The translations under genes and the position numbers were made by a program. Positions 24,801 to 38,546 of a stretch of DNA of 64,000 bases are shown here, piece after piece. The notes below the pieces were generated by a model that was given only the letters and a program-made list of their open reading frames with translations, ran no database searches and had not been told where the DNA came from. How positions within the stretch are numbered: position 1 is the first letter of the stretch; each line of letters begins with the position of its first letter. Origin of the DNA: Eledone cirrhosa (lineage: Eukaryota); NCBI GenBank assembly GCA_964016885.1, contig OZ024753.1, positions 25,482,001 to 25,546,000 of the forward strand, in the 5' to 3' direction.

Positions 24801-27800
24801 GCTGCCAACCTGAAAAGAAATTGGTTTTTAGTAAATGAATTAAAAAACATACTTTAATATTTCTATTTCGTATTGTAGTATTAGGGTTACTTTATCTCTT
24901 AACGTTTCCTTCTGTGTTTCCTATGACAAGAAGTCCACTGCTATTACATTTTCCAATTCCATGACATGCTGATCCAATTAGTAGAATGACATCCGACAGA
25001 AGCATTTAAATCACTCAACACTACAAGCCTGACATCCCTATATACACTTTTCAAAACTAACAACACCTTTGGCAGAGAATGAAGATTTCTGGCATCAATA
25101 ATAGTATTTTAGAACATTTAGAAAATTTACCTGCAACCCATACTTTATATACTTTTACTTCTAATTGTTTCATTGCTGGCATTTATGTCAGATGGACAAA
25201 AAAGTTAGGGTCGAAACACTTGCATGAATGGGGGGGGGGGGGGGTTCTCCTCTGAAGACCTGGTGTCCAGTTCTCCTGAGAATTTCTTACCACTATTATA
25301 GATTAGTGATTTTTAAAAAATTAAAATTCAAAAATATTAACCAGTTCATTTTATTTAGTAAATATTGCATGGAAATAAACAATAATTCCTTGTATGTCAC
25401 TAAGAAAACAATAATAGATCATTATCACCATTTAACACCCATTATATCGCGCTAGCATGGGTTAGATGAGTTGTTCCGTTGTCAGACAGGTCAGATCAGG
25501 TGACTGTGTCTTGCTCATACAGAACTGTTTCTGGCTTGGTTTCTATGGATGGATGCCCTTCCTAATTCCAACCACATTTACAGTGTGGACTGGGTGCTTT
25601 TTGTCATGTCACCAACACAACTAGTTTACAGGGCGGACTGGGTGTTTTTTGTCATGTCACCAACACAACTAGTTTAAAGGGTGGACTGGGGGTTTTTTGT
25701 CATGTCACCAACACAACTACTTTACAGTGTGGATTGTTTGACAATAACTGTACGACAAGCAAGCATTAAAAAACAAAACTTCAGAATTAAAATAGTTTCC
25801 CATTCTTAGCAGACAAAGAAAAAACAAACAAACGATTATAGATGTATTCATTTAAATTCAATTGTGTAAGGTTATAATGAAGCTAAAATAGCTCCATTGC
25901 TATTTCATGGCTGAGTTATTAGCATTCAGCTTTAAAATATCTATATTTAATCCTAACAGGACAGCTTAAGACATACCAAATATGATTCTCCTGTTTGTCC
26001 ACATTGTTCCTCGACTTTTCTAAGACCCAAAATTTGGTGCACAACACAATACATTATCACCAAGCAAATAAAAAAAAACACTTTAAAACTTCACCAATTA
26101 AACATAAACAGAATTATTTCTCACACTTCAAAATTGTTGTAAAAATCTCCAGTCAAAATAAAAATTGTTTCATAATCATCATTATAATTATTATCATCAT
26201 TTAACGTCCATTTTCCACGCTAGCATGAGTTAGATGGGTTGTCTGTTTGAGGCAAGTCGGGTCAGGTGACCATGTCTTGCTCATACAGAACTGTTTCTGG
26301 CTTGGTTTCTATAGCTGGATGCCCTTCCTAACACCAACCATATTTATAGTATGGACTGGGTGCTTTTTGTCGTGACTCCTACATGACCCATTGTATTTCT
26401 AATATTATCTTGCAGGATACTATCCACAGTTTGTCATGCTGCATTGCAAGACATTTTACATTCATCTCCAACATAATCAAGAAATTAACAATAACAATAA
26501 AATAAATAGCCAGAAAGATTTTAAAAAATGGACTGTACAATCCTCCTATTGCACACTACAACAGGAAATTTTAGTTTTTCTGCCTGAAAATAAGATTTGC
26601 ACCAACCCAAAACACTGAAGGCATTACTGTGGTGATAGTGAGACTGAGATACTGAAACAGTTAAGCTCCCTTACGAGTATCTCTTGATATTTCACGAAGA
26701 TGACTAGTGAACAATTACAAAAGCTTCATTGTCAGTGATCCGGCTTTCTCAAACATCTCAAATGCTCTTCCAATAGAGCCTGGCCAGTTCTAGTGGCACC
26801 AGAACTGATGGGATATTAACTCTGACGAGGACACATTCTATAATTAAATTCAACAGTGTAGCGAGTCATGTTCAGTTGCTGATAAACCATGAAAACATTC
26901 TGATATAGAGGGGCTGATCAAATCAATCCACATTGATCCCAAGTCTGGATGTAAAGGAGATATAAAATTCATCTGGCCTTAGTAAGCTAACATATGTTGG
27001 CAAATTGCCAGAATCAGTTCCAGCTGACTACACACTGAGTTCAAATTCTGCAGAGGATAACTTTGCTTTTCATCCTTTCAAGGTGGATAAAGTATCAGTT
27101 CAGTACTGGACGCAACTATCTCTCTGTCAATCTCTCTCACTCATTCTCAAATCACCAATGTTCTCAACTAGAGAAGGCTGAACTCCACCAGGCTTAAAAT
27201 TCCCAAGAACTGCTGTATGTCATGTTGGCGCCTGCTACAACTACATCAAGAGTTAAGGCTCTGGTCCAATACTGGAGGTGATTATGTCTCTCTCTATCTC
27301 TCTTTATATATCATTTGTGTTCCAACCTGAAAAGGGATGGACTCGGCCACAGAAATGCTGTATTTCAGGATGACATCTCTGCAATTCCAGTAGAAAGAGT
27401 ACATCCAAGCCAGAGAAGTTCACCATGTTGAGGCTAATCATCAGAAAATTTGGCAACTCACACCAAGTAGATGACAGAACAGTGAGTAGATTGATAGCAA
27501 TATCACATTTAAATAGAGGAAATGATAAAGTATTTGATAAACAAATAATAGTCACTTATTCACAGACAATAAATGATGTATATAGAATAACAATAGATTT
27601 ATTGTAATCCTTGTATGAAAGAACAGGAATTCAGTCATTTTGAAAACAATTCATACATACACATACATATCATCATCAACGTTTTACGTCCGTTCTTCCA
27701 CGCTAGACGGGTTGTCCTGTTGTGGGTAGTGTCCAGTCGGGTGACCTTGTCTTGCTCATACAGGAACTGATTTCTACAGCTGGATGCCCTTCCTAACACC

Positions 27801-28153
27801 AACCTCATTTATAGTGAGCGCTGGGTGCTTTTTTTCCGTGGCGCCTACATGTCCACTTTACAGTGTGGGCTGGGTGCTTTTTTGCCATGGCACCTCCACG
27901 ACCACTTTGCAGTTGGAGGGGGTGGGGGCATATTGTCTATATACATCAGCTTCGGCTTGTTCCTGTGGGAGGTCAGGTCTTCTATATTACTGCGTGACGC
28001 CAGAGGTCACGGTCATATATATGCACACACACCCACACACACACATATATATACACACACACATATATATATATATACATACACATACACATATATACAT
28101 ACACACATATATATATATACATACACATACACATATATACATACACACATATA

Positions 28154-29060
28154 TGAGGTACACTCAAGAAGTTTTGAGACTTTTTCTTTTCAAGAACTTT
28201 TAATTGAACTATATAATTGTCAATCTAATTCATCCTTGATGCGGTTATAATAAGCTAACATGCCAAATCTTCTTTTTTCCAGGTTGAAGGTTTGAGTCAC
28301 TAGAGCACTTTAAACACTACCTGTCATACCTATCTTGTCACAGCTGACTGGTTCCACAATGTAGTCAGGATGTGAAGACAACTTGGAGGCTTGATATGAA
28401 AAAAAGTTGTGTCAAGCTGGGCAAAAATGCTGCAGAAACCTATGAAACAGTCAAAACTGCTAACCGACTAACTTGGCTGGACAACTGCTTTCCACTGGCA
28501 CAAGAGGTTCCAGGAGAGCATGAGCAGATGAGGGATGATGAGAAATGTGGCAGAGAAAGGGACATCAGGATGCCAAATTTGGTTGACAAAATTCCCATAT
28601 TTCTGGACAAGGACCATTGTGCATCTCTTCTGATGATTGTTAAACAATTTGAAGTGGCTGAGGGCACTGTGCACAGTCATTCATGAAGATCTAAAGATTG
28701 TTTCCAGGGTGGTAAATGAAGACCAAAGGCAGAGGCGTATTGATGATAGCAGGGAGATGGATCACTTTGAATCCAAGTGTCCTTGAGTCTCTGGTAACCT
28801 GTGACAGGAGCTGGGTCTACCGTTATGATCCAGAGTGCCCAGTGAAAACATTTTGACTCTACAAGACCCAAGAAGGCCAGGTAAAGAAGGTTCACTGAGA
28901 AACTCATAATGATCCCATTCTTTGACAGCAAGGGTATCATCTACATCCACTGGGTCCCTCATGGCCAGACAGTCAACAAAGAGTACTATGTAGGGTACTA
29001 CTTTGAAGCAGTTCAGAAAGAGATTTTGTCGCAAGAGACCAAAACTTTTCAACGCAATGA
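28154..29060 (+). mobile_element. Mariner (SETMAR-like) DNA transposon, decayed and 3'-truncated
   Basis: TA followed by TIR-like tgaggtacactcaagaagttttgagact; CVKLGKNAAETYE, VTCDRSWVYRYDP, FFDSKGIIYIHWVPHGQTVNKEYY. Confidence 0.85.
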
Positions 29061-30329
29061 GTTAGTTTTCAAAGCCCCAACTTTGAGCAGCAATTCGAAA
29101 GTCTTGCAAAAGTTAAACATACATAAGTTGATAGAATTCAGACTAAGGATCAGACCTGTAGAGATTCAATGAATTTCTCCTTAATTTACTTGTTCATATT
29201 ATAGATCATCTTGCCTGTGTTCAAATATGAAACCACAGAAGCATCACTATTGTAGCCCTGATCGTTTTCCAGTGATACCACTTGCTCAACGGCCAACAAC
29301 TTGCACTCAACAACCAACATAACACCCGACCAAAATAGAAGAAATTGATAATTTTTGTCTACGACCTCTTAACTATACGGTCAATTAATCAATTAACACT
29401 TTTTGCTTTCTCATCATTTTTGTTAAAAAAACTTCATCCACTATCTTCAGTTAATTTCAAAATTCTTTCCTCAATTCCAACTTCTCTTCAATGTTTTAAT
29501 ATCTCACTGTCCTATTCTTGCACCTCTATAGAATTTACTATTTTAAATATTTACTCACACACATCTATCTATCTCAACATCTCACACTCATATCCCCATA
29601 TTTGCTACGCCTCATAATTCTTTTTTCTTTTTTTTTCTCAGTCACAATCTCCCCCTCCCTCCCATATTTCAATATCACCTCTCTATTTTTGCTATACTTT
29701 TACAATTTTTGAATTTACTGCAGATTCACCCATGTGGAATCTTACACAATCACAGTTTTTGATTTTACTGCAGATTTACCTATGTGGAATATTACACAAA
29801 CTCACAGCCTTTGAATTCTACTTCTAATGTTTTTCCTTCTCTTTTCATGTTCATAGCTCTCCCTTCCACTATATTTACCTGCTTTTCACAACACCACACT
29901 CATCTCCACGTACTCACAATCTTCCCCCCTGTTTTTTTTCCTCTTACTCCCCCCTTTACCTCTACTTACCCCTAACTTCGCCCTCACGCACAGCCCACCT
30001 ATGACTTCGCATGACCCATTAGCCCGATGTTCTGATCGATCTATCACTGTTGATTGCCCATTAATAAAGTTGCCACCACTTTAACCTAATCTACTCTAGG
30101 TGGCAGAGGCATGAATCGAATGACCAAGAGATCTGCTTGGTGGAACAACTATGTGACAACAGGTCAGTCTTTGACCTCGCATTCTCCACCAACTTCGGCA
30201 CGCACGAGAAGAGCTAACATATCTCCTCTATCTCCCCCTCTTCTTCACCGCTGGTTCCGAAGAGAATCAACCCTACCAACCCCACCACTCCTACAACTGT
30301 TAGACCACCCCTAGCACCACCCAACCTCT

Positions 30330-32490
30330 GTTCTAGTCCCACTGTTAGAACCAATGCTGCTCACCCTGCCTCTTTTACAAGTTCACTCCCTTGTTCGAAT
30401 TCCAACACTGGCCCTCTACCTTCGGTCACTGCCAGCTCACCACCTGATTGAGCTCTCTGTGCCCGCACTAGCCGGTACCTAAAGGCAATTAAACGTCACC
30501 TGTACTGTCAAAGCTACCACAGTAGCTGTGTTGGCATCACCAAGGCTCAAGCTGAAAGACTTCAATAGTGGACCTGTAATCAGTGCCTCTTTAGCTCCGA
30601 CGTAATTCATGGAGTCGTCCCATGCTTTGATGACCAGCTCTCTACCAAGGACTTTGCCGCAGCCTCCTAAGGGAGCTTGGAATAGCTTTGCACGTGCATT
30701 CTCCAATATGTTGAAAAACGTTTCTTTATCCAACAATACGTCTGACTGGCGGAAACTGTTCTTGTTCCCTATCATCTCTCTTCATGTGCACCATGCGAAA
30801 TCTGGCTCCCTCATGTCTTCTCTCAAACAACAGTTCCAGCTGTTTGAGTCCACCCCAACCATTTCTCAGCTCAATTTGAAACCAACAGACAAACAATAAA
30901 CCTTAAGCATGCTGTTAATGCCAAAATTCAGCGAATTTGACATTAAAGGGGCTGTCCATATCCTCTCTCTTCTGTCCTCCCTTGCACCGTGTAACTCTGA
31001 TTCTCTTGAGCAACTGAAAGAGATGATCAGTTACACTGGCTGGAACCACCAAAATACTCAAGACTGATCTACACCACTGACAACATCAGAAAGGTGATTA
31101 CATCCTTCCCCGCTAGTTCAGGCTCGGGATTGACGGCCTTTGACCTCAGCAACTCAAGGATGGTATCTCCTTATCAGCCGGTGATGCCAAACTCGAGCTC
31201 TTGGAGAATCTGACTCAGATCTCTTCAGTGAATGTTCTCCCCTATATGCACCCACCGTTCTTCGGTGCAAAATTATTCGGTCTCACTCAGTTGGTTGCAC
31301 CCTTTGCCGTCTCACTGCAAAGGTGTGTTTGGTATTGGTCTCTGACTCACTGTTGGAGGAATTTTCCCCCATAGTTAGGGGTGGGTACCAAACTAGGATG
31401 TGAGGCTGCTGCCCATGCTACCAGAGCCTTTAACAACTTGCCCTCCATGTCCCCCAGGGTCATCCTCAAATTTGACCTCAAGAACGCATTCAACTCCATC
31501 AGCCACAATGTCGTCCTCAGTTCAGTAAGAGAGAAGGTCCCACAACTCTACCACTTTGCTTGGCAGGTTTATCGGGAGCCCTCCTACCTCTCTTTTGGTG
31601 ACCAAATCATCATCTCTGCCTTAAGAGTTCAACAGGGTGACCCACTCAGATCCACACTGTTTGCACATCACCAAGATGGGGGTGGAGTTGGACCTCAACG
31701 TCTGGTATCTCGATGACGCTTGTTTAGGGGGGACCTCCAGACAAGGTTCTTGCCGCTGCTAACAAAATGATTGAGGAGCTTGGCCGTTGGGGTCTCCAGG
31801 TCAATAGCTCCAAATATGAGCTCTGGATCCTCAACAACCCGGCTTCTCAACATCAACAGAATATTGACCTGTTTACAGAGTTCTACCCTTCCATTGCGGT
31901 CCTTCCCCGTCAGCTTGGTGTTTCTTAGGAACCCCAATTACAGAACTTGCCGAGTCTATCATCCAACCAAAGATGGTTGGCCTTGAACAATTGTTGAAGA
32001 ACTTTGAGGCAATCGAACCCCATCAAGGTTTTTTCATACTCAGAAACTACCTTTTGATTCCTAAGCTTCAATATATGCTCAGGTCAGCCCTTCTCAGATT
32101 TCCATCATGCCTCCAACACTTCGACGACCTTATCTTCGAGAGACTCGAGTGCTTGGTCAACGTCAGACTCTATCCAGAGTCCTGTTATCTGGCTGTGTTG
32201 CCCAAGCGATTTGGGGGTCTTGGTTTTCGTAAATGTTTGTCCTTCTTCTTCCTTGCTTCCTACCCTCCACCGTGGTGAGCAATATCATCTCCTCTTCAAC
32301 TGGGAGTTGGATGAAGCTCTCCTACGATGGAGTGAGTGGAGCTTGTTTGTTCTGGACAAGGTAGAGGACAGTCAAAGTCAAAGAGCCTATGACAACCTAC
32401 ATTCGAGGGCCACCTTTGACTCCTTCATCCAGTCAGATCAGTTTTCAAGGTGCTACTTACTGTCTGCCAGCTTCAGGCAACTGGGTTGAT
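30330..32490 (+). mobile_element. CRE-like LINE, decayed RT region
   Basis: LGVGTKLGCEAAAHATR, KFDLKNAFNSI, VQQGDPL, NVWYLDD, AVLPKRFGGLG. Confidence 0.85.
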
Positions 32491-33127
32491 GCCATATATA
32501 TATATACACATATATATATATATATCATCATCATTTTACGTCCACTTTTCCCTGCTTGCCAGGGTGGGACGGGAACTGATTCTGGCTTTATTTCTACAGC
32601 TGGATTGCCCTTCCTAACACCAACCTCATTTACAGTGAGTGCTGGGTGCTTTTTTGCCGTGGCACCTACACAACCACTTTGCAGTGGAATGATAGGGACC
32701 CCAGTCCTTTCATCTCATTTCTACAGCTGAGTAAACTGGAGCAATGTGAAATAAAGTGTCTTGCTCAAGGAAACAACACATCACTCGGTCTGAGAATTGA
32801 ACTCAACCTTTCGATTGCAAGGCGATAATTTTAGGTTTAATCAATTCATATAAAATATATATCAATAATGTTTCTCAGTACAAAGCTTCATAAACGATAA
32901 AGTTGAGAGCATCAATAAGTTTAAACGATATATAACAGGATATATCAGTTGACAAACAGTATATTGTACTAATAAATAATTGTTTCTACTTTTGGCACAA
33001 GGCCAGCAATTATTCCAGTGCATTACTGGTACTTTATTTTATCGACCCCGTAAGGATGAAAGGCAAAGTTAACCTCGATATTGTAACAAATAATAAAGAC
33101 AAATACATGATGGCTTACAATGTTTCT

Positions 33128-33174
<47 letters not shown>

Positions 33175-33244
33175 AAGTGAGTTTTATTGTAACATAATAA
33201 AGCAATGCAAACAAGTGTTTTTTAAGCTTCATATCATGTATGCC

Positions 33245-33315
33245 TATTTTATCTGATGAGAACGCAGATATCATCCCATGATGATATTTGTTTTTGAAAT
33301 GCGCATAATAAAATA
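33245..33315 (+). ncRNA. Type I hammerhead ribozyme with intact core
   Basis: Stem I tattttat/ataaaata; CTGATGA; stem II gcagatatcatc/gatgatatttgt; GAAA-t-gcgc-a-TA (AUA cleavage triplet). Confidence 0.75.
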
Positions 33316-33346
33316 CTTGGAACTCTTTTAACCATCTTTTGATCTT

Positions 33347-33377
<31 letters not shown>

Positions 33378-33945
33378 GGCGATACGCCAGTATAATCGAT
33401 GTCTACTAACTGAAACCAGTAAAAAGAAATAAAGAATATATACACATACAAACACGTATATTATTTATATATATACATATATATACAACATATATAACAT
33501 ATACAGTATTGTCTATATATTATACAACATATACAGTGTTGTCTATATATTATACAACATACAGTATATAACAGTAAAATATATACACTACATACATAGA
33601 TAGGAAGATCTAAAGTGAAAATAATGATTATCATGAAATAATTTTACCGACATAAAACAAAAGATGGACTATTATCTTTCGATTGATTTGTAAAAAGATA
33701 AATAATATATATTGAACACTCACAATATTTCAATATAAACAACGATAGTTATCTGTCAACTTTTCTAAAATGTCCAATTCACTTATGTAAAATATATTGG
33801 GAGAGTTGTTTATCTTGTTTTTGAAAATATAAATAAAATCTGAAAATTACACTGTAGATTATATTTTTGCATAATTCGTAGTATATTTTGGGGAATTATA
33901 ATAAAAAAATACGTTATTAGAGATGTCGTCTGTTTCAGTGAAAAT

Positions 33946-34000
33946 ATTTACGGAAACAACCGAGATTTCCAATCATTCGGCCATGTTTGGTCATTTCGTT
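33946..34000 (-). promoter_or_regulatory. Candidate TSS and non-coding first exon of the minus-strand gene
   Basis: Minus strand CAAACATGGCCG (YY1-like initiator motif) followed ~35 nt later by donor-like gtaaat; locally CpG-richer; inference only. Confidence 0.3.
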
Positions 34001-35589
34001 TTACGTTTAATAATTAACGCAGGCATGTTAGAATTTAAAATACACACTCACATACAATATATATATATATGGCCTTACAATCACGTAGTGTGAGTTCAAT
34101 CTCACTGCAAGACCTATTAGTCTTTTATGATAGTTTCGGGTAAACCTAAGTCATATGAATAAAATTGGTACATTTAAAAAATACTATTACACCCGTTACC
34201 TTTTAGAGGTGAAATTTGTTTTTCGTGTTTTGAACGAATTTAACCTTCAAATCGTCGAAAATTATGGAGTTTTCGAATTGAAGAACCACAGAAAATGAGT
34301 AATTTACGTCAGTTTTGAAGGTCGTATTCGTTAAAAACATCGAAAGTCACTGGACAAACCATACATTTTACATCCAAAATCTGTCTCGGGTCCTGGAGCT
34401 TATCCCGGTTTCTGACTACGTCAGTCCATCACAGGGTTAAACCTCCAGCTATTGCTGGTACTTATTTTCAAATGAGTATACTAAAGCAACGTGAATTGAA
34501 ATATTTTGCTTAAGTACACAACACAGAATCCAGGCTAGGAATCGAACCCACGACTATGATCGTAAGTCCAAAACACTTACCACTAGGCCACATGCCTCCA
34601 CCAGTGTAATAATATAATTCGGTAAACGGTTAAGTGAAGAGTGTATATATAATTGGAAAATACAGCCTTGCTACATAGTCACACTCAATTTGTCTGAGAA
34701 TAAGGAGGGGGTCCACGAATTTCTCGAATTTAACAAGTAGGTTAAATTAACCGAACATCTTAATATTCACCGTCGAAACCGATATAGATCTGTTTACTAT
34801 ACAAGTTTCATTATTGACAGAATTGGTAGAAGGTCGGATGCCATCATGCTTTGACGCATAGAGTTACGGCCCTTGCCATTCTGAGTTCAAATCCCGCCGA
34901 GGTTAACTTTGCCTTTCATCCTTACGGTGTCGATAAAATAAAGTACCAGTAATGTACTGGGTAATTGCTGGCCTTGTGCCAATAATAGAAACAATTATCA
35001 TATAACAAATGTATAAGATTAACTAGAAATGCATAATCAATTAAGTATTGCTCGGAACCTGATAAATATTATTGTTTCTACTTTTGGCACAAGGCCAGCA
35101 ATTATCTCAGGACATTACTGGTATTTTATTTATCGACGCCGTAAGGATAAAGACAAAGTTAACCTAGTAGGCGGGATTTAAACTCAGAAGTAAAGGGCCA
35201 TGACTCTATGCTGAAAAATATGGTGTCTGACGTTCTACCGATACTGCCAATCCAGCGTCCTACACAAAAATATACAATCAAAGCGAGAAAACAAACATCT
35301 ATTCAAGAGTATGTCGATCGGTGAGACACCATAAAGGTCATCGGTAATTATATTTTCTGAAATTAGTGAAACTCAAGAAAGTGTTTGAAGATAAGTTTGA
35401 AAGAAGAGGCAATGGAGAGGACTTCTAGCTAGATACTGTCAACAAATTCTCCATTAAATACACAAGTCTCCGATATCTGAATGGCTAAATGGCAGTAGAC
35501 GGGGCACCCAGGAACCATGACCTGGAGGCGACCCGGTCCCCTTGATTGAGGGGCTCTGTCTTCTCTAAAGACCTTCGGATGTCTAGCTC

Positions 35590-36110
35590 TCCTCCTCATT
35601 TTGAAGAGAGCTTTGGCCCGGGCGAATATCCCCTCAGTCTTGGAACCATCTGGGTTGTCCAGAAGTGACGGCCTTACCCTGTGCCCCTGGTCAAGAGGCA
35701 GGTGCCTTGTCTGGGACGTCACTGTTAGTGACTCTTGCTTCTTCCCACATCCTGGATGCTGCGGTTAGTACGAGAGCCACAGCTTCTGCAGCCGAGCGGA
35801 GTAAGACCCTCAAATACTCTGATCTGTCGGCCAGCTACATTTTTCAGCCTGTGGCTTTCGAGACGTTTGGGAGTCGGGCCGCTCACTGCGAGGTTCCTCT
35901 CTTCACTGGCGGCTCGCCTAATAGAGGTAACTGGTGAATCTCGCGAGGGCGCTTGGCTGTTTCAGCGCATCAGCCTCGCCATCACCCGAGGCAACGCTGA
36001 CTGTGTTGGCTTGCCTCAAAAATCATTAGAGAGGTTGCCCAGTACTCCTCATTGCTGTGTTTTGCTCTGGTGTTGGCTCCATTGTTCACCCCTACCTTTA
36101 CATTTTCTTT
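35590..36110 (+). mobile_element. CRE-like LINE, 3' fragment (restriction-like endonuclease)
   Basis: ILKRALARANIPSVLEP, PWSRGRCLVWDVTV, FQPVAFETFG, WLFQRISLAITRGNA. Confidence 0.85.
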
Positions 36111-36656
36111 AATATTGTAACATTAAAAGAATATATCTTTCTGAAAGAATCGCGAGCAATTTATAATGTTATCTAAGCATTTGAAATGTTATTTATGTAT
36201 ATATTTAAAACATATTTGTTATGTTATTCTACTGTAAATTTATTTATATGGTCTGTTTATATTTTCATTCTGAAAGAATTGCAAACGATTTGTAATGTTG
36301 TTTATACAACTATGAATAAAATTTATTAAAATATAAAAATCAGAATCATTGGGTTTTTGTGTTTGTATTAAAGTATTCTTTAATTCTCATCGTCTCTCTA
36401 ACGCTTCGACGACCTCATATTCAGTGAGCTCTAAATATTCAGACTCTCTCAAGAGTCTGACATTGACCGATGTCATTTGTATAAATTGTGTTTATATCTC
36501 CAATAAAATATAACTAAGTTTCAGAAGATCCCGTTAAACTTTAATCTATTATTTTTTAAAATATTTGCTCTAAGGTTCTTATATATTTGATATATATTTA
36601 TCCTTATCGAGCCCTCTTTGGATTTTAGTCTTCGCATTTATTATTATTATCATCAT

Positions 36657-38546
36657 CCTCATCATCATCATTTTACAACCACTCTTCCCTGCTTGCAAGG
36701 GTGGGACGGGTCTTTTTCAACACAGCATCTCTCCACTTGTCACGGGCCTTCGTCATCTCCACCGTGAGCTTCAGCGATCTGAGGTCTGTTCTCACCACCT
36801 CCGCCCATGTTTTTCGTGGTCTACCTCTACCACGTCTTCCTTCAACTGGCATTTTCTGGCACTTGTTCACCCATCGGTCATCCTCCATGCGCATCATATG
36901 TCCATACCACCCCAGTCTCCTCTCCCGTACACTACATTCTATCCCTCTCAGACACAGTTTCTCTCGCAACACATTCATGCTGGGTCGTTCGCGCACATTG
37001 ACACTGCACATCCAACGGAGCATGCTTGCCTCATTTCTCTCGAGCCGTCGCATATCCTCTGCAGTTGCTGCCCATGTCTCACTACCATGCAGCATCGCGC
37101 TCCTCACACAGGCATCATATAACTGGCCTTTCGTACGCAGGGAGAAACCCTTCTTCGTCAGCAGAGGAAGCAGCTCCCTAAACTTCTTCCAACCCGTCCT
37201 TATTCTAGATACTATGGCCTCGGAACACCCCCCTCCCATGCTAATCTGATCTCCTAGGTACCGGAAGCTATCCACCACTTCTATAGCACCCGCCTGCATT
37301 TGAAAAATGTGCCTATCAATGCGATTTCTACTGTCTAATTTCCCTGTACATATACTGCATACATATTTCTCCCTACCTATTAGTTTACCTCCTATCCCGC
37401 TACATCTCTTGTGTACCCAGGATCTGCATTGTGTGCATTTTATAGAATTTATGCCAGTTCCTTTTCTGCATATCGAACATGGCCATTTCCCTGACGGAGT
37501 CAGAGTTTTGTCCTCTTTTCTACTGATCAACACTTTTGTCTTAGCTAGGTTCACTCTCAGTCCTCTTGCTTCCAACTGCTGTTTCTATATCCAGAATTTA
37601 TTCTCTAGCTCCTCTACTTATTCTGCTATAAGAACCAGATCGTCAGCATAGAGAAGTTCCCATGGACAGCCAGTCTTAAACTCCTCTGTTATGGCTTGGA
37701 GGTATATAATGAACAAGAGCGGGCTGAGGACCGAACCTTGATGTACTCCTACTTGTATCTGGAATTCCTCACTAAACTCCATTCCTACCCTAACTTTACT
37801 AACAGTACCTCTGTACAAAGTTTACACTGTCCTCACAAGCCATTCCTCAACACCTAGTTTCCTTAGGGTCCACCAGATGACAGATCGGGGTACCCTATCA
37901 AAGGCCTTCTCTAGGTCAACAAAGGCTTATTTTAGTATAGTGGCTTATTTTTCTCTAAGAACCTCTCTTGCAATTGTCTCACCAAGAAGAGGGCATCTGT
38001 TGTACTCTTCCCAGACACAAAACCAAACTGCATCTCATCTAGTTTGACCCTTTTTCTAATTAGTTGTGCTAATATCATTTCTGCCACTTTCATAACCTAA
38101 TCCATCAGTTTTATACCCCTATAATTGCTCCTCTACAGAGCATCCCCTTTACCTTTGTAGCAATTTATGAGAATACTGCTGCACCAGTCTTTGGGTATGA
38201 CACGACCATATATAGCCTGATTGATGATGCGTGCAACCAGTTTAGTGCCTACGTCCCCTGATGCCTTCAGCATCTCAGCAACTATTCCCGATGGTCCGGC
38301 AGCCTTACCATTTTTCATTTCCTTAATCACCTCTTGGACCCTATATTCGTCAATCACAATAGTTGGTCCCTCTGTCGGATCTACTGAGGGTAATTTCTCT
38401 CTCTCCCATTCGTTCTCCACATTCATCAGTCTCTCATAATGACATTTCCAGGCCTCCTTTTTCTGATCATTCGTGACACTAAGTACACCGGCATCATTCC
38501 GGACACATTTATCTCCAACATCCTGATTTGCATTACATTGACACAC
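36657..38546 (-). mobile_element. RTE family B LINE, 5'-truncated, relatively young (few stops)
   Basis: KAAGPSGIVAEML, MQFGF, VDLEKAFDRV, GVHQGSVLSPLLF, LYADDL; 300-aa open C-terminal ORF; (TGA)n tail. Confidence 0.93.

Noticed and set aside
34530-34600. tRNA-like sequence on the minus strand
   Set aside because: It is the tRNA-derived head of a SINE and continues into the SINE body; no complete cloverleaf
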